Notes under the pieces: model-generated
What the model saw: only the letters and a program-made list of their open reading frames with translations
Told to the model about the DNA's origin: nothing
Database searches by the model: none
Position numbers and translations under genes: made by a program
Shown here: positions 1 through 10,444 of the stretch, in pieces
Layout: every line of letters starts with the position of its first letter
How positions within the stretch are numbered: the first letter of the stretch is position 1
NCBI RefSeq assembly: GCF_000195955.2
Contig: NC_000962.3
Span: forward strand, 3,300,001 to 3,332,000
Direction: 5' to 3'
Origin: Mycobacterium tuberculosis H37Rv
Lineage (GTDB): Bacteria > Actinomycetota > Actinomycetes > Mycobacteriales > Mycobacteriaceae
Length of the DNA stretch: 32,000 nucleotides

Positions 1-570
1 CTGCCAGCGATCAGGTTCTTCATGCGGAGCATCTCGAAATACGCTTCGTAGAAAGTGCTCCGTCACCACCATGATCGGCTGGCCTCCGGAAATAACGCGA
101 TAACGGCGGGCAACGGCTCTCTTTCGGGAATTCTGATACCCGTGGAGCGCGAGCCAACCTGGCAAATCTCCGACCCAGACTTTAGCCTCTTCCTTGAAGG
201 TCTCGATGTGGCTGGCTGCCATAACCTCGCCGAGAGGATCGTTTGTCTGCGTCAACCTTGTTATAATTGCAGCCGGCAACCGATCAATCGCAATCAACGA
301 CTCCGCGGCTACAAATAAGTGTTCCGAGTTCCGACCTTTAAGTATGATGTACCGCTGCAGAACACGGCCGACCCCCACCTGCCCTAGCTGCTCGAATTCG
401 GATAGCTTCGGTGAAACATCGTGAATCCGCTGCTTGACGATTTGCACGATCACCTCATCGTCAGCGACAATGTTGAGAACCCTAGTGAGGGTGCCATTAG
501 CTGCTATCAGTATTCGAAGGTCACGATTGAGCTTTCGGATCTCTTGATCAGATAGAAAACACTCGGTCAT
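1..570 (-). CDS. Rv2949c: Chorismate pyruvate-lyase (p-hydroxybenzoate synthase); 3' end cut by the window edge
   Basis: Absent from the ORF track because it runs off the window. I translated the reverse complement of 570..1 by hand: 190 codons with no stop, from ATG (568-570) MTECFLSDQEIRKLNRDLRILIAANGTLTRVLNIV... to ...HFLRSVFRDAPHEEPDRWQ. A purine-rich GGGGGAAG lies just upstream. It sits directly downstream of fadD29, as in the M. tuberculosis locus. Confidence 0.8.
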   Translation of the reverse strand, partial: MTECFLSDQEIRKLNRDLRILIAANGTLTRVLNIVADDEVIVQIVKQRIHDVSPKLSEFEQLGQVGVGRVLQRYIILKGRNSEHLFVAAESLIAIDRLPAAIITRLTQTNDPLGEVMAASHIETFKEEAKVWVGDLPGWLALHGYQNSRKRAVARRYRVISGGQPIMVVTEHFLRSVFRDAPHEEPDRWQ

Positions 571-595
571 ATTCTTCCCCCACATACATGCGCTG

Positions 596-2455
596 TTATG
601 CCATAGCATCTAGGCGGCTGAATTCGTGATGTAGGTAACGCTCAACGCTGGCCGAACGCCGAACCTTACCGCTGGTGGTGACCGGAATAGAACCCGGCGC
701 CACCATAACGACATCCGCGACGCGCAGACGATGTGACCTGGATATCGCGGAGGCGACTTCACGTTTGACGGTGCGGAGTCGATTCTTTTCCTCCTCATCT
801 GTGCGACCCCGCTTCATGAGTTCGATAATGGTTACCAGCTTTTCAGTACGGTCATCGGGCACCGCAATCGCCACAACCCGGCCGCCGGTGATTTCCTGGA
901 TCGTCGCCTCGATGTCTTCCGGATAGTGGTTGGCCCCATCCACCACCAACAGCTCCTTGATGCGACCCGTGATGAACAGTTCGCCCTCGAAAATGACGCC
1001 GAGGTCTCCGGTCCGCAGCCACGGACCTTCCGAAGTCCCGGGCGAGGGAGTGACGAGCCGCGCGCGGAACGTCGCCTCCGTCTGCTGCGGGTTGCGCCAG
1101 TAGCCCAAGCCGACGTTGTCTCCCTGCACCCAGATTTCGCCAACCGTCCCCGCGGGATTCTCCATCCTGGTTTCGGGGTCGACGATCCGCACGGTTGACG
1201 CCCGGGGAGCTCCATAACTCACCAGGTTGGCTCCCTCGCTGCCGTTCTCGGCACGCTTCGCCTGACCGACCGACAGCTGCTGGTAGTCAAAGCAAACACT
1301 CTTCGGCGCGCGTCCCGGTCCGGCGGTCGCCACGTACACCGTCGCCTCCGCGAGCCCATATGACGGCCGGATTGCCGTCTCGCTGAGGTTGAACGGGGCG
1401 AACCGCTCGGTGAAGCGCCGCAGCGTCGCGACGTTTACTCGTTCGGCGCCGGTGACGATCGTCCGCACATGCCCGAGGTCAAGTCCAGCCATATCGTCGT
1501 CGGATGTTCTGCGTACCGCCAATTCGAAACCGAAATTCGGTGCGCTGGAAATCTGTGCGCGGTGTTTGGCTAATAATTGCATCCAACGGGCCGGCCGCTG
1601 CAAGAATGCCATGGGACTCATCAACACCGCGGTGTCTTGATTGATCATCGGGAGAATGATGCCCAGCATCAACCCCATGTCGTGATAGAACGGCAGCCAC
1701 GATACGGGAGTTGACGGAACCTTTTCCGAATCCCCGATGTAATCGGACATTAGCTGTACGCAGTTGGTGATGACATTCTTGTGCGAGAGGACAACACCGG
1801 CCGGCGCGCGGGTCGAACCGGATGTGTACTGTAGATATGCTGTGCTCGGACGCTCGAACCGAGTCGGATCGAGCGCTCTGGATGAGCTCAAGTCCAGAGC
1901 GTCCACAGCCACGACGATGGGCGCGGACTGGCCCTGTGCGGCGCACGCATGTGGCGCATATGTCGTGACCTCGTCAATAACCGACGAGGTCGTAAGAATA
2001 ATGGACGGCGCAGAGTCTCGTAATGCCGAAGATATTCGTTCGTCGTGAATGCCGAATTGTGGCACCGGAAGAGGAACCGCAATGAGACCAGCCTGCAGCA
2101 CACCCATAAAGGCGATGATGTATTCAAGGCCCTGCGGGGCCAATATCGCGACCCGATCACCGCTTGACGCGTATATCCAGAGCTCCTCTGCCACGATCAT
2201 CGCTCGCCGGTGGACTTGCCACCACGTCACGGTTTCGGTGAAGCCAGCCGGATCCGTGTCATAGTCAATGAACTTGTACGCCGCGCGATTGGGGTACTGG
2301 CTCGCCGCCTTCTGTAGGAGATCAGCGAGCGACGACTCGCTCATAGCGAATCGCGATGTGCTCCCGTTCAGCGGTTGTGCCGCTTGCTCACCGGTGCCCC
2401 ATGCCGGTTGTGTCGCCACCTCGCCCGCGGCATGAAATGACGAGTTGGTTTTCAT
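596..2455 (-). CDS. fadD29: Fatty acyl-AMP ligase FadD29 (activates p-hydroxyphenylalkanoates for PGL synthesis)
   Basis: 619-aa ORF with adenylate-forming motifs YLQYTSGSTRAPAGV and LRTGDLGVIFEGELFITGRIKE. Length and neighbours match FadD29. Confidence 0.9.
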   Translation of the reverse strand: MKTNSSFHAAGEVATQPAWGTGEQAAQPLNGSTSRFAMSESSLADLLQKAASQYPNRAAYKFIDYDTDPAGFTETVTWWQVHRRAMIVAEELWIYASSGDRVAILAPQGLEYIIAFMGVLQAGLIAVPLPVPQFGIHDERISSALRDSAPSIILTTSSVIDEVTTYAPHACAAQGQSAPIVVAVDALDLSSSRALDPTRFERPSTAYLQYTSGSTRAPAGVVLSHKNVITNCVQLMSDYIGDSEKVPSTPVSWLPFYHDMGLMLGIILPMINQDTAVLMSPMAFLQRPARWMQLLAKHRAQISSAPNFGFELAVRRTSDDDMAGLDLGHVRTIVTGAERVNVATLRRFTERFAPFNLSETAIRPSYGLAEATVYVATAGPGRAPKSVCFDYQQLSVGQAKRAENGSEGANLVSYGAPRASTVRIVDPETRMENPAGTVGEIWVQGDNVGLGYWRNPQQTEATFRARLVTPSPGTSEGPWLRTGDLGVIFEGELFITGRIKELLVVDGANHYPEDIEATIQEITGGRVVAIAVPDDRTEKLVTIIELMKRGRTDEEEKNRLRTVKREVASAISRSHRLRVADVVMVAPGSIPVTTSGKVRRSASVERYLHHEFSRLDAMA

Positions 2456-3102
2456 GGTCTTCCTTCAGCTATGGACGGCAGAGAGCAGACGGCTGCGCTG
2501 CCGCTTTCATACGAATCCGAGTCGGCGCATAGCGTCTGTACCTTGCCCGGGCTCGCGACGCGATTCGTTAAGGTCTCACGACCATAGCAGGTACGGGCCA
2601 CACCCGAGGGCCTAATGGGATTGACGGAATCGTCAGCCGCGGCGTCAGCGCTGGCTGCAGCCCCATTCGCGAAACACACCGTCGGGCTGGCTTCGCTAAG
2701 CCTAATGAGCACCGTCTTCGATGTCGACCTGCTGATCGTGCCGGAGCGAATTCGCCAGCGCCGTGCGATTCGTTCGATCCGGTCGCGACGGGTGGCACCC
2801 GCAGAGCGCTGTCAGACCCCACAGGTCACAGTTCAGAGACCGCAACCGACTGATCCCGCCGGTACACCGTGCCCCCACCAACACGAATCACGGCAAGCCC
2901 GTTGCGGCGAGGCCGAACCGAGTAACCGCTGATCAATGGCCTGACCTCAAGTCAGCTGAACGTGCGCACGGCTGACCTGTGGGCACTCTGGGAAATTCAC
3001 ATCGAGTTCCAAGCTCGACACGCCGAAATCGCCTGCCGCACGCCGCGATTGGCACGCCAGCCGCTGGGCCGGCTTACCCCATCTTCGCGAGAGTGGCGCA
3101 AA

Positions 3103-4248
3103 TCATAGCTTCTTGAGCCCGCGCAAAACCTTGGCGTGCGGCAGGACAGCCGTCACCGTCTTGCGCAGGCTGGGGTTAACCAAACTGCCGTTGATCAGCA
3201 CAACGTAGCGCAGCCCGTGATCTCGCCATTCCGCTACTTGATCGATGACTTCGTCAGGGGTTCCACTGAAGACGACTTCTTTCATAAGCGCAGCCGGGAC
3301 CTTGGCCGCGTAGGACAAAACCGTCTGTTTGTCCATGGTTTGCGGGATGATGTCCTGCACACCGGAGAAGTCGGCTCCCATTGGATGCTCGACGCCGTGA
3401 CGCGCCCAGGCTTCCCCAGGTACCCCGAGCGCGGTCATCTTCACAACGACAGATTCCAGCGCCTCTTCCACGTCGTCGCGATTCCGTCCAGTGATGATGC
3501 CGCGCACCGCCGCCGGAGTAATCGACATTGGGTCGCGTCCGGCATCGGACGCCGCGCTGCGCACCGCTTCGAGTGCGCGACTGTAGTCGCTGGGACGAAC
3601 CACAACAATGGGAATCCAGGCATCGGCGTAACGTCCGGTGGCCCGTAACATCCGCGGCCCGTGGGCCGCGACCCAGATTTCGGGCCATTTCCCACGGTAT
3701 GGCGGAAGGTCGAACAAGGCGTTATGTAACGGAAAGTATGGCGATTCACGTGAGATAAGCTCCCCGTTTGAATTCCACAACGCGCGAATGGTGGCCAGGG
3801 CTTCTTCGAACCGCGCCACCGGTTTGGTCCACTCCACACCGTAGGGCTCGTTGCCTTCACGTTCCCCGACACCGATACCCAATATGGCTCGGCCTCGGGT
3901 AAGCAAGTGCAAAGTCGCGGCAGCCTGGGCTGTGACCGCTGGATTGCGCCGACCTGCATCGGTCACGCACACGCCCAGTCGCAGACGGCTGGGCAACCCG
4001 AAGGCGAGGTTTCCAAGCATCGTCCACGGTTCGTAATTGGCATCGATCTTGGGCACGAATTTCGCCGCAATTCCGAGATATTCGGAAGTCGCAATCGAGC
4101 GCGGCACCAGCGCATTCAGATGGTCGCCGACCCAATACGAGTCGGCGCCCATCACGGTGGCGGCCGCCATGCTAGACCGTGCCGGCAGGGTCGGCGGCAA
4201 CCGCGAGTGCACGAGGGCATCAACAAAACCGAAACGAAGTCCGCCCAC
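3103..4248 (-). CDS. Rv2951c: Luciferase-like F420-dependent oxidoreductase (phthiodiolone/phenolphthiodiolone ketoreductase)
   Basis: 381-aa ORF. The LLM-family appearance, length and position between fadD29 and the divergent methyltransferase match Rv2951c. Confidence 0.85.
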   Translation of the reverse strand: MGGLRFGFVDALVHSRLPPTLPARSSMAAATVMGADSYWVGDHLNALVPRSIATSEYLGIAAKFVPKIDANYEPWTMLGNLAFGLPSRLRLGVCVTDAGRRNPAVTAQAAATLHLLTRGRAILGIGVGEREGNEPYGVEWTKPVARFEEALATIRALWNSNGELISRESPYFPLHNALFDLPPYRGKWPEIWVAAHGPRMLRATGRYADAWIPIVVVRPSDYSRALEAVRSAASDAGRDPMSITPAAVRGIITGRNRDDVEEALESVVVKMTALGVPGEAWARHGVEHPMGADFSGVQDIIPQTMDKQTVLSYAAKVPAALMKEVVFSGTPDEVIDQVAEWRDHGLRYVVLINGSLVNPSLRKTVTAVLPHAKVLRGLKKL

Positions 4249-4440
4249 GCCTACCCCTTGTCTACTACGCTGTTGACCAACGTCATGGCTAGGAACGCTA
4301 CCTCAGCGAGTCATGTCCGCGCGGTCGCGCGTTGAGCAACACCGGGGTCGGATGTCATGGCATCGACCGCGGGCTCGGTGTTGCGCCAACTTCTCTTCTG
4401 ACGCATCGCTCGTACATACTGTCTGCCATACTCCTTGCCC

Positions 4441-5253
4441 ATGGCCTTCAGTCGAACCCACAGCCTCCTCGCCCGCGCGGGCAGTACCTCGACCTACAAG
4501 AGAGTTTGGCGGTACTGGTACCCGTTGATGACGCGCGGACTCGGTAACGACGAAATCGTGTTCATCAACTGGGCCTATGAGGAAGATCCGCCGATGGACC
4601 TGCCACTGGAGGCATCCGACGAGCCCAACCGAGCCCACATCAACCTGTACCACCGCACCGCGACCCAGGTCGATCTGGGCGGCAAGCAGGTGCTGGAGGT
4701 CAGTTGCGGACACGGCGGCGGAGCCTCTTACCTCACACGCACGTTGCACCCGGCCTCCTACACCGGCCTGGACTTGAACCAGGCGGGAATCAAGTTGTGC
4801 AAGAAACGACACCGGCTGCCTGGTTTGGACTTCGTGCGAGGTGACGCCGAAAACCTGCCCTTCGACGACGAATCCTTCGATGTTGTGCTCAATGTCGAAG
4901 CCTCGCACTGTTACCCGCACTTTCGGCGTTTCCTCGCCGAGGTGGTTCGCGTGCTGCGCCCAGGAGGGTACTTCCCATACGCCGACCTGCGCCCCAACAA
5001 TGAGATCGCCGCATGGGAGGCCGACCTCGCTGCTACCCCGCTGCGGCAACTGTCGCAGCGGCAAATCAACGCCGAAGTGCTGCGCGGCATCGGAAACAAT
5101 TCACAGAAGTCACGGGACCTGGTCGACCGCCATTTGCCGGCCTTCCTGCGTTTCGCGGGCCGCGAATTCATCGGTGTGCAGGGCACGCAGCTGTCCCGCT
5201 ACCTGGAAGGCGGGGAACTCTCGTACCGGATGTACTGCTTCACCAAGGACTGA
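4441..5253 (+). CDS. Rv2952: SAM-dependent methyltransferase (phthiotriol/phenolphthiotriol O-methyltransferase)
   Basis: SAM motif [14 protein letters not shown] at 4441 gives 270 aa; the track ORF starts two codons earlier at a TTG (4435). Confidence 0.88.
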
Positions 5254-5278
5254 GCCAGTTTCGGGTAATGTCGCCCGG

Positions 5279-6535
5279 ATGAGCCCAGCTGAGCGCGAGT
5301 TCGACATCGTTCTATATGGCGCCACCGGCTTCTCCGGCAAGCTGACCGCCGAACACCTCGCTCACAGCGGGTCAACAGCACGGATCGCATTGGCCGGTCG
5401 GTCAAGCGAACGGCTGCGGGGCGTGCGGATGATGTTGGGCCCGAACGCAGCGGACTGGCCGCTGATCCTCGCCGACGCATCCCAACCCTTGACGCTCGAG
5501 GCGATGGCCGCGCGGGCCCAGGTGGTGCTGACCACGGTCGGCCCCTACACGCGTTACGGCCTGCCGCTGGTGGCGGCCTGCGCGAAGGCCGGAACCGACT
5601 ATGCCGACCTGACTGGCGAGTTGATGTTCTGCCGAAACAGCATCGATCTGTACCACAAACAAGCCGCCGACACGGGCGCCCGGATAATCCTGGCGTGCGG
5701 ATTCGATTCGATCCCTTCGGATTTGAACGTGTATCAGCTGTACCGTCGGTCCGTCGAGGACGGCACCGGTGAACTGTGTGACACCGACCTCGTGCTGCGT
5801 TCATTCTCGCAACGCTGGGTCTCCGGCGGCTCGGTAGCAACGTATTCCGAAGCAATGCGCACGGCATCCAGCGACCCCGAGGCCCGTCGGCTCGTCACCG
5901 ACCCGTACACGCTGACCACGGACCGGGGCGCCGAACCCGAACTTGGTGCGCAGCCGGATTTTCTTCGGCGTCCAGGACGTGATCTGGCGCCCGAACTTGC
6001 CGGCTTCTGGACCGGCGGGTTTGTGCAGGCTCCGTTTAACACTCGAATCGTTCGGCGTAGCAACGCATTACAGGAGTGGGCTTATGGCCGGCGGTTCCGC
6101 TACTCGGAAACAATGAGTCTGGGAAAGTCGATGGCGGCGCCGATTCTCGCCGCAGCCGTCACCGGCACTGTGGCGGGCACCATCGGGTTGGGGAATAAGT
6201 ATTTCGACCGACTACCCCGACGATTAGTGGAGCGCGTCACGCCAAAGCCAGGCACCGGTCCGAGCCGGAAAACGCAAGAGCGGGGCCATTACACCTTCGA
6301 GACGTACACCACCACGACGACCGGTGCCCGCTACAGGGCGACTTTCGCGCACAACGTCGACGCGTACAAGTCGACCGCGGTGTTGCTCGCGCAGAGTGGT
6401 CTGGCGCTGGCGCTCGATCGCGATCGGCTCGCCGAGCTGCGGGGGGTGCTCACTCCCGCAGCGGCGATGGGCGATGCGTTGTTGGCGCGCCTCCCGGGCG
6501 CCGGCGTGGTCATGGGAACGACCAGGCTGAGCTAA
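5279..6535 (+). CDS. Rv2953: Saccharopine-dehydrogenase-like NAD(P)-binding enoyl reductase acting in phthiocerol/phenolphthiocerol synthesis
   Basis: ATG at 5279 gives 418 aa starting MSPAEREFDIVLYGATGFSGKL (Rossmann GxxGxxG). The upstream 146 codons of the 564-aa track ORF overlap Rv2952 out of frame and are Pro/Arg/Cys-rich junk. Confidence 0.88.
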   Translation: MSPAEREFDIVLYGATGFSGKLTAEHLAHSGSTARIALAGRSSERLRGVRMMLGPNAADWPLILADASQPLTLEAMAARAQVVLTTVGPYTRYGLPLVAACAKAGTDYADLTGELMFCRNSIDLYHKQAADTGARIILACGFDSIPSDLNVYQLYRRSVEDGTGELCDTDLVLRSFSQRWVSGGSVATYSEAMRTASSDPEARRLVTDPYTLTTDRGAEPELGAQPDFLRRPGRDLAPELAGFWTGGFVQAPFNTRIVRRSNALQEWAYGRRFRYSETMSLGKSMAAPILAAAVTGTVAGTIGLGNKYFDRLPRRLVERVTPKPGTGPSRKTQERGHYTFETYTTTTTGARYRATFAHNVDAYKSTAVLLAQSGLALALDRDRLAELRGVLTPAAAMGDALLARLPGAGVVMGTTRLS

Positions 6536-6665
6536 CATCTCCACCCCGGCCGCCAGCAAGATTAGCTATGCCATGGGCACATTAGCCCAATCCTGTTCTC
6601 CCAGATCTGGGCCTTTGCCGCCGAGAATCAAACTCCTGACGACAACCCACGTTCACATGTGGGCT

Positions 6666-7391
6666 TCAGCACCGGCGCTGCACCATCGGAAGCTCCTCGA
6701 CCAGGGTCGGCAGGTTCAGCGGAGCCCGCGAAGCGACAAACACCGCACGAGCCAAACCTGTGGAAGCTATCGGTCCGTTCGCCCGCCAATCCAGTGGAAA
6801 CTGCCGGTGCCGGGGCTGCGTAGCGGTCACATATACGTGCGGCATCTTCTCCCTCAGTCGGTTCATCACCCACACGCGCGAAGGCCGACACCCCGTGCCG
6901 GTTATCGCCTGGCTCGGCGAGGAAGCCCTCTCACTAACCAGAAAAGGCTCGTCTTCGCCGGAATAGCTCACGCATGTCTCCAGCAGCAGAAGGTCCACTG
7001 CGCGGTCACACATCCACGCCAGCGCCTCGGCAGGACGGGAGAGGTGGTAGAGCACTCCATAGCAGTACACCACGTCGTATTGGTGCGCTTCTGCTGGGAG
7101 ATCGCCGTCGAGATCTAGGTGGTCGACTGTGACATTGGGATTGGACCCGAAGCGTTGGCGAATGACATCCAGATTCTCCCCCCGGGGCTCGGTGCAGAGC
7201 ACCTTGCACCCGCGGTCGAGGAAGAACTGCGTGTGATCGCCGATCCCGGCACCAACCTCCAGCACGCTCTTGTTGCCGAGGTCGAGCCCCAGCGTGGCCA
7301 GGTGCTCCTGACGGCGGGCGTTGTGCCGAAGGTAAAAGATGCTGTGAAAATGCCGTTCCGCAGTCGGGCGCAACATGCCGGGGAGTCGCAT
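6666..7391 (-). CDS. Rv2954c: Class I SAM-dependent methyltransferase (PGL/p-HBAD fucose O-methylation)
   Basis: SAM motif VLEVGAGIGDHT. Starting at MRLPGMLRP gives 241 aa. The 294-aa track ORF extends 53 codons further upstream (to 7550), and that stretch looks non-coding. Confidence 0.8.
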   Translation of the reverse strand: MRLPGMLRPTAERHFHSIFYLRHNARRQEHLATLGLDLGNKSVLEVGAGIGDHTQFFLDRGCKVLCTEPRGENLDVIRQRFGSNPNVTVDHLDLDGDLPAEAHQYDVVYCYGVLYHLSRPAEALAWMCDRAVDLLLLETCVSYSGEDEPFLVSERASSPSQAITGTGCRPSRVWVMNRLREKMPHVYVTATQPRHRQFPLDWRANGPIASTGLARAVFVASRAPLNLPTLVEELPMVQRRC

Positions 7392-7579
7392 CAGGCGAGG
7401 ATAGCGCACCTCGCCGAGGAGAAACGCTCGCCGATGGCTATCGAGCTGCTGACACGTCTGCGGCCCCAGCGTATCGACCTCCTCGAGCCCACGCCCGCTT
7501 GGCCCTGGACGCCACCGCCACCCAGCAGCGCAAACGCCCGGGGCAAGCACTCGAGGTAGAGAGCGGCAGCCGGCGCCAG

Positions 7580-8554
7580 CTATCCCTTCCGGCTCGGAAT
7601 AAAGAAGTAGCAGTACCGGTCGTCGCGGTGCCGTTGGTAGGGCTGCAGCCCCGCATCGTCGGCGTAGACGAACGGTTCGTAACCGTACGCGCGGATGTCC
7701 GCAATGGTCCGTTCCGGGTCCGGATTAGAGGCGGCGCCCCCGTAGATCTCCACCAGCAGGACCGGGCGATCGCGCCGCAGAAGCTCCGCGGCGCCCGCGA
7801 TGACCGCGCGCTCGAGGCCCTCAACGTCGATCTTCAGCAGACCCACCGGGAGGGGCAGCTCGGCGGCGAGCGCGTCCAGCGTGGTACACGGCACCCGTGT
7901 CCGCTCGCGAATCCGAATTCGTCCCGTGTCGTTTAGCGAACTGAAGGCGCTGTCGGCCGCCACGAAAAAGTCGACCTCGCCGACCGCGTCCCCGGCGGCC
8001 GTCCGCAGCGTGCGGATGCGGTCTTGCAGGCCGTTGGCGGCCACGTTGGCCTCCAACCGCGAATGGGTGCCCGGCGCCGGCTCCAGGGCTACCACCGGGG
8101 CTAACCTCGCCCAGGCCAGGCTGTGTATGCCGACGTTGGCTCCGACGTCGAGGATGCAGCGGTCTGGGTAGAGCGCGGAATAGAGCGCCGCCGCGATGTC
8201 GATCTCGGTCTCCTCGAACCCGCCGGTCAACCGAACGATCCACGCGATGGCCGACCCCGGCTCAAGGGTGACCTGGAGGCCGCGCCAATACCAGGGGGCC
8301 AGCCGCCACCGATGGGGGGGCAAGCCAAACGGCCGCCAGCGTTGCAGGCTTCGAACGAGGCGGTTTGGCATGGCGCACTCTAACATCCGGATCGCCCGCA
8401 TCCGGTAGGTCGGCCGTTGAGCTCCGAGGTTCTCGAAACAACCAGTGGTGCCCAGATCCAAAGGGCGCCAACGCCGCTGGCCCTTCGCCGGCCCAAGCCG
8501 TCTGCACACTACCACCCGCATCAGGCGCACATCTTGGAACTGCACCAGGTCCAA
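7580..8554 (-). CDS. Rv2955c: FkbM-family methyltransferase (PGL/p-HBAD fucose O-methylation)
   Basis: 324-aa ORF with the FkbM/Methyltransf_21 motif LDVGANVGIHSL. The exact start is uncertain within the first few codons. Confidence 0.82.
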   Translation of the reverse strand: MDLVQFQDVRLMRVVVCRRLGPAKGQRRWRPLDLGTTGCFENLGAQRPTYRMRAIRMLECAMPNRLVRSLQRWRPFGLPPHRWRLAPWYWRGLQVTLEPGSAIAWIVRLTGGFEETEIDIAAALYSALYPDRCILDVGANVGIHSLAWARLAPVVALEPAPGTHSRLEANVAANGLQDRIRTLRTAAGDAVGEVDFFVAADSAFSSLNDTGRIRIRERTRVPCTTLDALAAELPLPVGLLKIDVEGLERAVIAGAAELLRRDRPVLLVEIYGGAASNPDPERTIADIRAYGYEPFVYADDAGLQPYQRHRDDRYCYFFIPSRKG

Positions 8555-8667
8555 TCGTCAGCAGCGCCTGGCGTTGTGACCGAACCTCGGGTCCGCAGAC
8601 CCACTGCAATGTTGCGCGACCCAAACTATCCCCCGGGGCGGAGTATTTAGCGTGTTAGTGTTGCACA

Positions 8668-9399
8668 GTGAAATCGTTGAAACTCGCTCGTTTCATCGCG
8701 CGTAGCGCCGCCTTCGAGGTTTCGCGCCGCTATTCTGAGCGAGACCTGAAGCACCAGTTTGTGAAGCAACTCAAATCGCGTCGGGTAGATGTCGTTTTCG
8801 ATGTCGGCGCCAACTCAGGACAATACGCCGCCGGCCTCCGCCGAGCAGCATATAAGGGCCGCATTGTCTCGTTCGAACCGCTATCCGGACCGTTTACGAT
8901 CTTGGAAAGCAAAGCGTCAACGGATCCACTTTGGGATTGCCGGCAGCATGCGTTGGGCGATTCTGATGGAACGGTTACGATCAATATCGCAGGAAACGCC
9001 GGTCAGAGCAGTTCCGTCTTGCCCATGCTGAAAAGTCATCAGAACGCTTTTCCCCCGGCAAACTATGTCGGTACCCAAGAGGCGTCCATACATCGACTTG
9101 ATTCCGTGGCGCCAGAATTTCTAGGCATGAACGGTGTCGCTTTTCTCAAGGTCGACGTTCAAGGCTTTGAAAAGCAGGTGCTCGCCGGGGGCAAATCAAC
9201 CATAGATGACCATTGCGTCGGCATGCAACTCGAACTGTCCTTCCTGCCGTTGTACGAAGGTGGCATGCTCATTCCTGAAGCCCTCGATCTCGTGTATTCC
9301 TTGGGCTTCACGTTGACGGGATTGCTGCCTTGTTTCATTGATGCAAATAATGGTCGAATGTTGCAGGCCGACGGCATCTTTTTCCGCGAGGACGATTGA
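8668..9399 (+). CDS. Rv2956: FkbM-family methyltransferase (PGL/p-HBAD fucose O-methylation)
   Basis: 243-aa ORF from GTG 8668 with the FkbM motif FDVGANSGQYA. Divergent from Rv2955c. Markedly lower GC than its neighbours. Confidence 0.82.
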   Translation: MKSLKLARFIARSAAFEVSRRYSERDLKHQFVKQLKSRRVDVVFDVGANSGQYAAGLRRAAYKGRIVSFEPLSGPFTILESKASTDPLWDCRQHALGDSDGTVTINIAGNAGQSSSVLPMLKSHQNAFPPANYVGTQEASIHRLDSVAPEFLGMNGVAFLKVDVQGFEKQVLAGGKSTIDDHCVGMQLELSFLPLYEGGMLIPEALDLVYSLGFTLTGLLPCFIDANNGRMLQADGIFFREDD

Positions 9400-9469
9400 T
9401 TGGAATCGCTTCGCGAGGCCCGGCACCAGACCGGGCACCAGAGGTCCGCGCAGATCGCCTGGGTCGAAG

Positions 9470-10297
9470 ATGGTGCAGACGAAACGATACGCCGGCTTGA
9501 CCGCAGCTAACACAAAGAAAGTCGCCATGGCCGCACCAATGTTTTCGATCATCATCCCCACCTTGAACGTGGCTGCGGTATTGCCTGCCTGCCTCGACAG
9601 CATCGCCCGTCAGACCTGCGGTGACTTCGAGCTGGTACTGGTCGACGGCGGCTCGACGGACGAAACCCTCGACATCGCCAACATTTTCGCCCCCAACCTC
9701 GGCGAGCGGTTGATCATTCATCGCGACACCGACCAGGGCGTCTACGACGCCATGAACCGCGGCGTGGACCTGGCCACCGGAACGTGGTTGCTCTTTCTGG
9801 GCGCGGACGACAGCCTGTACGAGGCTGACACCCTGGCGCGGGTGGCCGCCTTCATTGGCGAACACGAGCCCAGCGATCTGGTATATGGCGACGTGATCAT
9901 GCGCTCAACCAATTTCCGCTGGGGTGGCGCCTTCGACCTCGACCGTCTGTTGTTCAAGCGCAACATCTGCCATCAGGCGATCTTCTACCGCCGCGGACTC
10001 TTCGGCACCATCGGTCCCTACAACCTCCGCTACCGGGTCCTGGCCGACTGGGACTTCAATATTCGCTGCTTTTCCAACCCAGCGCTCGTCACCCGCTACA
10101 TGCACGTGGTCGTTGCAAGCTACAACGAATTCGGCGGGCTCAGCAATACGATCGTCGACAAGGAGTTTTTGAAGCGGCTGCCGATGTCCACGAGACTCGG
10201 CATAAGGCTGGTCATAGTTCTGGTGCGCAGGTGGCCAAAGGTGATCAGCAGGGCCATGGTAATGCGCACCGTCATTTCTTGGCGGCGCCGACGTTAG
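9470..10297 (+). CDS. Rv2957: GT2-family glycosyltransferase (fucosyltransferase of PGL/p-HBAD)
   Basis: GT2 N-terminus MFSIIIPTLNV and the acidic motif FLGADD. ATG 9470 gives 275 aa. ATG 9527 (MAAPMFSIIIP) is an equally plausible shorter start. The first 44 codons of the track ORF overlap the Rv2956 end. Confidence 0.82.
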   Translation: MVQTKRYAGLTAANTKKVAMAAPMFSIIIPTLNVAAVLPACLDSIARQTCGDFELVLVDGGSTDETLDIANIFAPNLGERLIIHRDTDQGVYDAMNRGVDLATGTWLLFLGADDSLYEADTLARVAAFIGEHEPSDLVYGDVIMRSTNFRWGGAFDLDRLLFKRNICHQAIFYRRGLFGTIGPYNLRYRVLADWDFNIRCFSNPALVTRYMHVVVASYNEFGGLSNTIVDKEFLKRLPMSTRLGIRLVIVLVRRWPKVISRAMVMRTVISWRRRR

Positions 10298-10444
10298 CGC
10301 GATACCACCGCAACGTTGACTCGATGCCCTTGGGCGGCGTGATCTTGGGTGGCCAACCCGCCTCTTGCAAGACCGACACGTCTAACAGCTTGCGTGGTGC
10401 GGCGCCTGTCAAGCTCTTTGCGCCAGTGTCTCATTATGTGGACG

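Noticed and set aside
4303-5064. 253-aa minus-strand ORF
   Set aside because: It is antisense to the Rv2952 methyltransferase, whose frame carries a clear SAM motif. The antisense product is Arg/Gly/Val-rich with no motif. Long antisense ORFs are expected at this GC content.
4841-5278. N-terminal 146 codons of the 564-aa ORF in the track
   Set aside because: This stretch overlaps Rv2952 out of frame and has Pro/Ser/Cys/Arg-rich composition. The Rossmann motif of the reductase begins right after ATG 5279.
6600-6611. Perfect 12-bp palindrome cccagatctggg between the convergent Rv2953 and Rv2954c
   Set aside because: It cannot form a hairpin because there is no loop. As an isolated short palindrome it could be chance, and I found no supporting flanking stem.
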